NCBI GenBank assembly: GCA_035461905.1
Contig: DATHUV010000129.1
Span: 1,078 to 65,077 of the forward strand
DNA length: 64,000 nt
Direction: 5' to 3'
From: Acidimicrobiia bacterium
Lineage (GTDB): Bacteria > Actinomycetota > Acidimicrobiia > Spongiisociales > UBA5794
Positions within the stretch are counted from its first letter, which is position 1, and every line of letters starts with the position of its first letter. Below the pieces are notes generated by a model. That model made no database searches, was not told the DNA's origin, and was given only the letters and a program-made list of their open reading frames with translations. This document shows positions 56,971 to 64,000 of this stretch, one piece after another. The position numbers and the translations under genes were made by a program.

Positions 56971-58260
56971 TCACCCGCCGACGAACCGCACTTCCGAGAT
57001 GCGGCTCTGGTAGGTGCCGTCCGACAGTTCCTGGAGCCCGGTGAGCCAAAGCCGCCACACACCGTCGACGCGTACAGGCAAGGGGATGCGGTTGCCGGAC
57101 GCCTGGAGGGTGCCCCTGGAAACGTGCTCCCAACCCTCGGGATCTGACGGCAGCGATCTCGCCCATCCGACGAGGTACACCGTGCCGGGTGTGCCCGACA
57201 CGACCACCGCAGCTGGGGTTCCCTCCGGGTCGAAGACGAGACCGACGCCCTCTTTGATCTCACTCAACGGCCGGGAGTACGTCTCGGTGAACCACGCGGT
57301 CGCGGGGTTCCTGTCGAGGACGTTTGGGGCACTGTCGTCGTTCTCGGTCCCATCGCCCAGTGGGTCATAGATCTGCACGGTCGCCGGGAGCGTTGTCGAG
57401 TCATCGGGATCCTCGACGTTCACCGGTGTTGTCGTCGTCGGTGATTGCGAACCGGCAGAGATCGGATACAGGAACGGCGAGTCGGGGTCGAAGTCCGCGG
57501 CGAGCCCGACCGCCGCGATGAGGGCGATCAGGGTGACGATGGCACCGAATACGGCAAGGGCGCGCCACGGACGAACGGTCGTGCGTTCATTGTGAGGCGT
57601 GTATGCCACGGCGCGGAGGGCCGATGCGAGACCGCGTGCATCGAGCTCACCGGCGACCCCGGCACGCAACGCCGCGTCGACGGAATGGGGGAGGCCGTCG
57701 ATGACCTGCGAAGGGAAGACGGACCCGTCCGCCGTCCCCGTGATCGCCGCTCGGAGTACGTCTGCCAGTTCGATGGTGTCTTGGCCTTGGTCCGTCCAGC
57801 GCCGATGCCGCCCGAAACTCGCGAGCTTGGCCGGATGTGCAGCGGAGAAGTGAACTGCAGATGCATCGAGGGCGCCATGGACCCCGCCTGCATCGTGGAA
57901 CCTGGCGAGGGCGAGGCACAGTCCTGCAGCGTTCGGCAGGAACTCCCCGACCGGCAGTCCCTCACCGACTCGCAACCGATCGGCGATCGTCACCCCGCCG
58001 TCCCACTCCGACACCGAGTACGCCGACGCCGTCGTCTCCGCTGCGGCGAACACCTTCTGAACGTGACCTTCGGTGACCGTTGCCGCCGAGCGAACACCGT
58101 CAAGAAACTCTCGATGGCGATCCGGTGTCGATTCTGGCGCCAGGTACCGGATGAGTACGGGCCGGTCCAGCGCCTCATCCTGTGCGAGCCACTCCTCGAT
58201 GTCACCGTCACTTCCAAGGCGGATGTTGAGGCGGTACCGCTCGGGAAGGCGAGGGGGCAT
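56971..58260 (-). CDS. stand-alone transmembrane pseudokinase with extracellular domain (resembles the C-terminal module of mycobacterial MviN/MurJ)
   Basis: Kinase-like fold cues (RYRLNIRLGSDG, VLIRYL, SEWDGGVTIADRL) are present, but the Gly-rich loop, catalytic Lys (R instead), HRD (FHDAGGVHGALDASAV) and DFG (LASFG) are all missing. One TM (ALAVFGAIVTLIALIAAVGLA) and a C-terminal domain of about 170 aa. Confidence 0.6.
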   Translation of the reverse strand: MPPRLPERYRLNIRLGSDGDIEEWLAQDEALDRPVLIRYLAPESTPDRHREFLDGVRSAATVTEGHVQKVFAAAETTASAYSVSEWDGGVTIADRLRVGEGLPVGEFLPNAAGLCLALARFHDAGGVHGALDASAVHFSAAHPAKLASFGRHRRWTDQGQDTIELADVLRAAITGTADGSVFPSQVIDGLPHSVDAALRAGVAGELDARGLASALRAVAYTPHNERTTVRPWRALAVFGAIVTLIALIAAVGLAADFDPDSPFLYPISAGSQSPTTTTPVNVEDPDDSTTLPATVQIYDPLGDGTENDDSAPNVLDRNPATAWFTETYSRPLSEIKEGVGLVFDPEGTPAAVVVSGTPGTVYLVGWARSLPSDPEGWEHVSRGTLQASGNRIPLPVRVDGVWRLWLTGLQELSDGTYQSRISEVRFVGG

Positions 58261-58266
58261 TGCCGT

Positions 58267-59013
58267 TCAGCTCGCCTTGAGCACCGCAAGGGTCTCGGGG
58301 AGCGTGACGAAGCCCTCTGACTCGTAGAGGTTGAGAGCAGGCGTGTTGTCGAACTGCGTGTTCAAGAGCAGAGCCTTCGATCCGTGGCGCTTTGCACTGC
58401 GCGCCGTTGCGCGCACGAGGCTGCGGCCCATCCCCGATCCCTGCCAACGTGGATCGACCGCGACTCGCTGGAGGTAGGAGATGGCGTTGCCGTAGCCGAC
58501 GACTGCGTAGCCGGTGATCCCGGACTCGCCGTCCCTGATCACATAGACGCTCGCCGACGACGTGGCCTGGGTCGACTCTGCGAGGCCGGCGCGATCGAAT
58601 CGCCAGAACTCCGGGAACGCGGCGCGATCGATGCGCAGCATCTCCGTGAGGTCGTAGTCGTCCCAGCGGACGACGAGGTGCTGGGGACCCGGCAGGGATC
58701 CGTCGAGTGAGAGGCGCATGAGGGCGAGGTCGAGGTGATCGGAGAAGCCTGCTTGCTCCCAAGGGCGCCTCGCCGATGGAGCGAGGGGAGAGGAGAGGAC
58801 GGCGGGGGCACCGATGTCGTAGAGCTGGGATGTGCAGGCTTCGATGAAGCCGGATCCTCCGCGCATGAGGCGCAGCGTCGCGTCGCTGATGGCGTCGTTC
58901 CACGGACGCGCCTCAGCCCTCGCCCATCCCTTGCGAAGCGAGATCGACCCCGGCCAGGTTCCCCGTTGCACCACTCGATGCGGCGTGTCAGCAAGCGCCA
59001 TTGGCATCTCCAT
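58267..59013 (-). CDS. GNAT-family N-acetyltransferase
   Basis: Acetyl-CoA motif YLQRVAVDPRWQGSGMGRSLV and C-terminal ALNLYESEGF. Start among three nearby ATGs (59013/59007/59001). The ORF-track start is far too long. Confidence 0.75.
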   Translation of the reverse strand: MEMPMALADTPHRVVQRGTWPGSISLRKGWARAEARPWNDAISDATLRLMRGGSGFIEACTSQLYDIGAPAVLSSPLAPSARRPWEQAGFSDHLDLALMRLSLDGSLPGPQHLVVRWDDYDLTEMLRIDRAAFPEFWRFDRAGLAESTQATSSASVYVIRDGESGITGYAVVGYGNAISYLQRVAVDPRWQGSGMGRSLVRATARSAKRHGSKALLLNTQFDNTPALNLYESEGFVTLPETLAVLKAS

Positions 59014-59079
59014 CGTTCCTACCGCTGCGAATAGCGTAACCGCGGTTGGCGCAGCCCCGGTCCATGCGAGAATCAGGAC

Positions 59080-60093
59080 GTGTCCTTTCTTCTCGTGTCC
59101 CATGAACTGAGTCGTCACCATCGAACGCCGCAGGGCCATCCCGAGCGTGTGGCTCGCATCGAGTCCGTGATGGCGGGACTCCGGGCGACGCCCACGACGA
59201 TCGTCGAACTCGAGGCGCCCTCGGTGGATCCGTCGGTTCTCGCCCTCGTCCACGACGAGCGATACGTGGCTGAGTTCCGTCGGTTCTGCCAGTCCGGCGG
59301 CGGCTACCTCGACCCTGACACGTATGCCGTACCTGCCTCGTGGGACGCGGCACTTCACGCTGCCGGCGCGGGTCCCGCGGCGGTCGACGCGCTCACGAGG
59401 GGCGTAGCGGACACCGCCTTTGTCGCCGTGCGTCCCCCGGGGCACCACGCAGAGCGTGCCCAGGCGATGGGTTTCTGCTTCTTCAACAATGTCGCCGTGA
59501 CCGGCGCGTACCTCAGGAGTCTCGGGAAGCGGGTCGCGATCGTGGACTGGGACGTTCATCACGGGAACGGAACCCAGCGGACCTTCTATAGGGATCCCGA
59601 TGTCCTGTATGTGTCACTCCACGAGTTCCCGTTCTTTCCGGGAACGGGGTGGGTGACCGAGACGGGAAGCGGACCGGGGGAGGGGTCCACGGTCAACGTC
59701 GCAGTTCCATCCGGGACGAGCTCGACCTCGTACCTCGCCGCCTTCTCGCGCATCGTCATTCCGATCGTCTCCGAGTTCGCTCCCGACTGGCTCCTGGTGA
59801 GCGCGGGGTACGACGCGCACCGGTCGGACCCGCTCGGGGGTCTTCTCCTCGAGACGCTTGACTACGCGACGATGGCCGCGGCCCTCGCATCCGTCGTGCC
59901 ACCGTCGAGGACCATCGCATTCCTCGAGGGTGGCTACGACCTCCAGGCAATGGCGGCATCGGCATCGGCGACCGTGGGGGGAACCCTCGGATTCACCAGT
60001 GCGGCACCGCTTCCCAGCCTGATCTCCGGATCGGCCGCCCGTGTGGTCGATCTGGCCGTCGAGACCCTGTCCCGGTACTGGGAAGTCGTTTAA
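59080..60093 (+). CDS. histone deacetylase-family (AcuC/acetylpolyamine amidohydrolase-like) protein
   Basis: RPPGHHAE, DWDVHHGNGTQ and EGGY motifs. Confidence 0.85.
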   Translation: MSFLLVSHELSRHHRTPQGHPERVARIESVMAGLRATPTTIVELEAPSVDPSVLALVHDERYVAEFRRFCQSGGGYLDPDTYAVPASWDAALHAAGAGPAAVDALTRGVADTAFVAVRPPGHHAERAQAMGFCFFNNVAVTGAYLRSLGKRVAIVDWDVHHGNGTQRTFYRDPDVLYVSLHEFPFFPGTGWVTETGSGPGEGSTVNVAVPSGTSSTSYLAAFSRIVIPIVSEFAPDWLLVSAGYDAHRSDPLGGLLLETLDYATMAAALASVVPPSRTIAFLEGGYDLQAMAASASATVGGTLGFTSAAPLPSLISGSAARVVDLAVETLSRYWEVV

Positions 60094-60153
60094 GGACGAC
60101 CTTCGAAGCGCCGATACCCCACGTGGCTGCACACGCGTGGGAGGAAATCGCCG

Positions 60154-61254
60154 ATGGACGAGTTGCCAACGCTCGATGAGCTTCTGTCGAAGCTGATCAC
60201 GACAGGGGGATCGGACCTCCACCTCAAGGTGGGCTCGCCGCCTGCGTATCGGATCGACGGCGTCCTCCACCTCGCCGAGCTACCCGTGCTCACGGCCGAG
60301 ACGACGGCGGAGCTCCTCGCCCAGCTCGTGCCCGAGCGACTGGCAGCATCCGAGGGACGGACCGACTACGACTTCGCATACGGAAGGCCCGGTCTCGGAC
60401 GATTCCGGGTGAACTCGTACCGTCAGCGGGGCTCCGTGAACATCGTCGTCCGTGCTGTGGCGCCATCGAGCCAGACCTTCTCAGAGCTCGGACTGCCAGA
60501 GACCGTTGCAAAGGTCTGCGACGAGCATGATGGGCTCATCCTGGTCACCGGACCCACCGGGTCAGGGAAGACGACCACATGTGCAGCCATCATCGACTAC
60601 ATCAACACGAACCGGCGCACGAACATCATCACGATCGAGGACCCGATCGAGGTGACCCACAAGGACAAGCGCTCCATCGTCAGCCAGCGAGAGGTTGGCG
60701 TTGACACCGAGTCGTTCGAGGCGGGGATGCGTGCCGTCCTCCGGCAGGATCCGAATGTGATCTACGTCGGGGAGATCCGCAACCAGGAGACGCTCGAGGC
60801 TGCGTTGGTCGCCGCCGAGACAGGTCATCTCGTCATTTCGACGATGTACACGATCGACGCGGTCGAGACCGTGCACCGCATCCTCGACACGTTTCCCCCC
60901 TACCACCAGAGGCGCGTCCGTCAGATGCTCGCGACATCGCTGCGCGGCATCATCTCCCAGAGGCTCCTGCCGAGGATCGAGGGCCAGGGCCGGGTGCCTG
61001 CGGTCGAGTTGATGCTCGGGGTCGAGGTGATCAAGGAACGACTGATCGATCCGGAGAAGCTGCCGAAGCTGTACGAGACGATCGCAGAGGGCGCCTTCTA
61101 CGGAATGCAGACGTTCGACCAGGCGATCACAGCGAGGTATGAGGCGGGCGAAGTGTCATTCTCGGATGCATTGATGCACGTGACGTCGCCCAGGGACTTC
61201 AAGATCGCGACCGGCGTCATGTCGTCGACGCCTCCCCCGTCCTCACTGGTCTGA
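60154..61254 (+). CDS. pilT: PilT-family type IV pilus retraction ATPase
   Basis: SDLHLKVGSPP, Walker A GPTGSGKTTT, Asp box, Walker B/His box (YVGEIRNQETL, GHLVISTMYT). Confidence 0.8.
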   Translation: MDELPTLDELLSKLITTGGSDLHLKVGSPPAYRIDGVLHLAELPVLTAETTAELLAQLVPERLAASEGRTDYDFAYGRPGLGRFRVNSYRQRGSVNIVVRAVAPSSQTFSELGLPETVAKVCDEHDGLILVTGPTGSGKTTTCAAIIDYINTNRRTNIITIEDPIEVTHKDKRSIVSQREVGVDTESFEAGMRAVLRQDPNVIYVGEIRNQETLEAALVAAETGHLVISTMYTIDAVETVHRILDTFPPYHQRRVRQMLATSLRGIISQRLLPRIEGQGRVPAVELMLGVEVIKERLIDPEKLPKLYETIAEGAFYGMQTFDQAITARYEAGEVSFSDALMHVTSPRDFKIATGVMSSTPPPSSLV

Positions 61255-61299
61255 TCCGGCGAGGTCGCCTCGTACCGGGGCGTCGCCTACCCTCGCGCC

Positions 61300-61905
61300 A
61301 TGCCCGAGTACACGTGTCGCGATTGCGGCGACTCGTTCAGCCTGCCGCAGTCGGTTGTCGATCGCTACCCCGGTTGGGCGCCAGCGCAATGCCGCTCATG
61401 CCGTGATGGCTCGAAGGCGGCACGCGGTGGGGTCCGCTCTCCGAAGGAGATCCAGGGGGATCCGACGACCGGTGTCTTCACCGACGGCAGCTCGGTTCCG
61501 AACCCGGGACCAGGCGGCTGGGCGGCGGTGTATGTCGTTGACGACCAGATCGTTGCGGAGGCCTACGGGTACGGCGGCGAGACTACCAACAACCGGATGG
61601 AGCTCGAGGCGTTGATCAAAGCGGTCGACCTCGTACCCACCGGCACACCGACCACCGTCTACTCGGACTCGAACCTCGCCGTACGCACGATCAACGAGTG
61701 GGCGGCCGGCTGGGAGCGCAACGGATGGAAGCGCAAGGGCGGTCCGGTGGAGAACCTGGACCTCGTCAAGCGGGCGTATCGGGCCTTCAGGGAGAGGCCC
61801 GAGTTGGATCTGGTATGGATTCGTGCCCATGTCGGGTACCGCTGGAACGAGTATGTGGACGCCCTCGCGAACCGTGGCCGGTCGGAGGCGCTCCATGATT
61901 CCTGA
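61300..61905 (+). CDS. rnhA: ribonuclease HI with N-terminal CxxC...CxxC zinc-ribbon-like extension
   Basis: RNase H DEDD residues are in FTDGSS, NNRMELEAL, VYSDSN and NEYVDALAN. The N-terminal 45 aa or so carry CRDC-x23-CRSC. Confidence 0.82.
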   Translation: MPEYTCRDCGDSFSLPQSVVDRYPGWAPAQCRSCRDGSKAARGGVRSPKEIQGDPTTGVFTDGSSVPNPGPGGWAAVYVVDDQIVAEAYGYGGETTNNRMELEALIKAVDLVPTGTPTTVYSDSNLAVRTINEWAAGWERNGWKRKGGPVENLDLVKRAYRAFRERPELDLVWIRAHVGYRWNEYVDALANRGRSEALHDS

Positions 61906-63319
61906 CCGGCTGCGACCCGTGTTCACTGACGCTGTCATCGACCTCGCCCGCCGCTTCGAGGACGCGGGCCATCAGCTGTTCCTCGTCGGAGGCTCCGTCA
62001 GGGATGCGCTGCTCTCTCGCGGGAGCAGCGATCTCGACTTCACGACGTCGGCTCGGCCAGATGAGATCGAGCGCATCGGCGAACCATGGGCCCATTCGAC
62101 CTACCTCGCGGGGAAGGCCTTCGGAACCATCGGATTGGTCCGCGATCACATCACACACGAGATCACGACGTTCCGATCCGAGATGTACCGCGACGACTCG
62201 AGGAAGCCGCAGGTCACGTTCAGCTCGTCCCTCGAGGAGGACCTCTCGAGGAGGGACTTCACCGTGAACGCGATGGCGATGCTCGTGCCCGTCGAGGCGG
62301 GCACGCAGCCTGAGATGATCGATCCCCATGGAGGGCTCACTGACCTCGGCTCGCAGCTCTTGCGCACTCCGATGGACCCTGAGATCTCGTTCGGTGACGA
62401 TCCGCTCCGGATGCTCCGTCTCTTCAGGTTCGTATCGACACTCGGATTCCGGGCGGACGAAGCGGCCGCTGCTGCCGTCGTTCGCATGCACGATCGGCTC
62501 GCGATAGTGTCGGCCGAGCGCATTCGGGCAGAGTTCGACAGGCTGATGACCGGTGACAACGTCGCAGAGGCACTTGCCGAGCTCGTCGAGAGCGGCCTCG
62601 CGGAGATGTTCATCCCCGAGATCCCCGCGCTCTCGCTGGAGCAGGATCCCGTCCACAGGCACAAGGATGTGCTCGCCCACACGATTGCCGTCGTCGCCAA
62701 GACGGACAGCGGGAACCTCCGGCTGCGTCTTGCCGCCCTGTTCCACGACATCGGGAAGCCCGCCACCCGGGAGTTCGTCGATGGCGGTGTGACGTTCCAC
62801 CATCACGAGGTCGTCGGAGCGCGCATGACCAGACAGCGGATGCAGGCCTTGAGGTACCCGAAGGACACGATCGACGACACGGCCGACCTCGTCTTCCTCC
62901 ACATGCGCCCCCACACCTTCAAGATGGGATGGACGGACTCGGCCGTCCGGCGCTACGTGCGCGACGCGGGTTCTCTCCTCGAGGACCTCAACTCGTTGGT
63001 GCGCGCCGACGTGACGACTCAGAACCAGAGGCGTGCCCGGGCGATCGAGAACCGGATCGACGATCTCGAGGTCCGCATCGCCGATCTGATGGAGCGTGAG
63101 GAGCTCGAAAGCCTTCGCCCTCCCATCGACGGCAACGACGTGATGCGCCATCTCGGACTCGAGCCGTCACGGACCGTCGGTCAGATCATGGACATGCTCC
63201 TCGAACGCCGCATCGAGGAGGGTCCCTACACACCCGAAGAGGCCTACGCCATGCTCGACGAGTGGAAGGCCTCCGGACGGAAAGGTCCTCCCTTTAGGGG
63301 GGACGGGCGAACGGAGTGA
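61895..63319 (+). CDS. CCA tRNA nucleotidyltransferase / poly(A) polymerase family with HD domain
   Basis: FLVGGSVRDALL, DLDFTT, RRDFTVNA and HD motif HRHKDVLAHT...FHDIGKP. Overlaps the rnhA 3' end by 11 nt. Confidence 0.85.
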   Translation: MIPDRLRPVFTDAVIDLARRFEDAGHQLFLVGGSVRDALLSRGSSDLDFTTSARPDEIERIGEPWAHSTYLAGKAFGTIGLVRDHITHEITTFRSEMYRDDSRKPQVTFSSSLEEDLSRRDFTVNAMAMLVPVEAGTQPEMIDPHGGLTDLGSQLLRTPMDPEISFGDDPLRMLRLFRFVSTLGFRADEAAAAAVVRMHDRLAIVSAERIRAEFDRLMTGDNVAEALAELVESGLAEMFIPEIPALSLEQDPVHRHKDVLAHTIAVVAKTDSGNLRLRLAALFHDIGKPATREFVDGGVTFHHHEVVGARMTRQRMQALRYPKDTIDDTADLVFLHMRPHTFKMGWTDSAVRRYVRDAGSLLEDLNSLVRADVTTQNQRRARAIENRIDDLEVRIADLMEREELESLRPPIDGNDVMRHLGLEPSRTVGQIMDMLLERRIEEGPYTPEEAYAMLDEWKASGRKGPPFRGDGRTE

Positions 63320-63504
63320 GCCAGGGGGGCGCGCGAGCCTGCGAGCACGCAGTGGGATCCGGCCGAGGCGTGGGTCTTGGACAGGATCCCCCTGCATCGT
63401 CGCTTCGCTCCTCTGCCGTCCACCTTGAAAGGGGGACGAGCGTGACTTGGCTTGGTCCTCCGGACAGGGGGACGAAGAGGGCTCGAGGTTTGTCAGCCGG
63501 ACGC

Positions 63505-63537
63505 AGATGAATAGAGATATGCATATGCGTATACTCG
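63505..63537. promoter_or_regulatory. candidate ArgR operator (ARG boxes) / argC promoter
   Basis: The only AT-rich patch in the spacer is GATGAATAGAGATATGCATATGCGTATACTCG. It has TGAAT and repeated TGCAT/TGCGT half-sites and ends 5 nt before the argC ATG. Confidence 0.3.
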
Positions 63538-63541
63538 CAGT

Positions 63542-64000
63542 ATGGTCACCGCAGCTGTCCTTGGCGCCTCCGGCTATGCCGGGGGCGAACTGATTCGACT
63601 GATCGACGCGCATCCGTCGATCGAACTCGTGTACCTCGGTGCGCACTCACGCTCAGGAACGCGTCTTGCCGAAGTCCATCCCAATCTCACCGGAGGAGAG
63701 AGGGTCCTCGGATCCCTGGACCCCGGGCGTGCCGCGGGTGGCGAGGTCGTCTTCCTCGCACTTCCCCACGGTGCATCAGCCGAACCGGCGATCGCGTTGC
63801 GCTCGCAGGGCGCCAGGGTCATCGACCTCGGAAGCGACTTCCGGCTGGATAGCGATGCCCGATACCGGGAGGCGTACGGCGCTAGCCACCTGTATCCCGA
63901 TGAGCTCGGCGGCTGGGTGTACGGCCTTCCGGAGCTGTTCGGGGAGGCCATCGCCGGTGCATCCAACGTCGCCGTGCCCGGCTGCTACCCAACTTCCGCC
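63542..64000 (+). CDS. argC: N-acetyl-gamma-glutamyl-phosphate reductase (5' part; runs off window end)
   Basis: MVTAAVLGASGYAGGELIRLIDAHP, FLALPHG and the catalytic-Cys motif PGCYPTSA, translated by hand. Open to the window end. Confidence 0.9.
   Translation, partial: MVTAAVLGASGYAGGELIRLIDAHPSIELVYLGAHSRSGTRLAEVHPNLTGGERVLGSLDPGRAAGGEVVFLALPHGASAEPAIALRSQGARVIDLGSDFRLDSDARYREAYGASHLYPDELGGWVYGLPELFGEAIAGASNVAVPGCYPTSA

Noticed and set aside
61787-63151. 454-aa minus-strand ORF opposite the CCA-adding enzyme gene
   Set aside because: No domain signature, whereas the + strand has the nucleotidyltransferase and HD motifs.

Overview
High-GC (about 65-70% by eye) window that looks like the chromosomal origin region of an actinobacterium, possibly an Acidimicrobiia-like lineage. 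Lineage is inferred from gene order only. Three conserved backbone blocks are present. (1) 4.0-15.3 kb holds the cell-wall and Ser/Thr-signalling cluster: tRNA-Leu, fhaA, fhaB, PP2C phosphatase, rodA, pbpA, pknB, then mutY-like, trpG, sortase E, crgA and thiolase. (2) 38.3-47.5 kb on the minus strand holds DUF3566, gyrA, gyrB, DUF721/DciA, recF, dnaN, dnaA, with a DnaA-box-rich, AT-rich candidate oriC between dnaA and dnaN. (3) 47.9-58.3 kb holds rpmH, rnpA, yidD, yidC, jag, rsmG, parA, parB, a cwlM-like gene, trxA, trxB, anti-sigma, a SigM-like ECF sigma and a stand-alone pseudokinase. A roughly 22 kb lineage-specific block (16.3-38.2 kb) separates the tRNA-Ala/tRNA-Ile pair from DUF3566-gyrA. 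It carries an ECF sigma with a PD40 beta-propeller membrane partner, a degenerate PIN remnant, a PadR module, a rhodanese-MBL pair, acs, a hemerythrin-tailed P1B-type ATPase next to a VIT1 transporter, a cobalamin-riboswitch-controlled BtuFCD-like importer and a thioredoxin-NHL lipoprotein. RNA genes found by eye are SRP RNA, tRNA-Leu(CAG), tRNA-Ala(TGC) and tRNA-Ile(GAT). Non-coding structure not explained by genes includes a 150-bp tandem duplication that repeats the 3' end of tRNA-Ile, a perfect 26-bp-arm palindrome between convergent genes, a tRNA-like minihelix and a PadR-type palindrome. I saw no rRNA, CRISPR array, transposase or integrase. Many adjacent genes overlap by ATGA/GTGA, which suggests translational coupling. 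Most long ORFs antisense to these genes are high-GC shadow ORFs. All family assignments come from motif recognition by eye. No database search was run.
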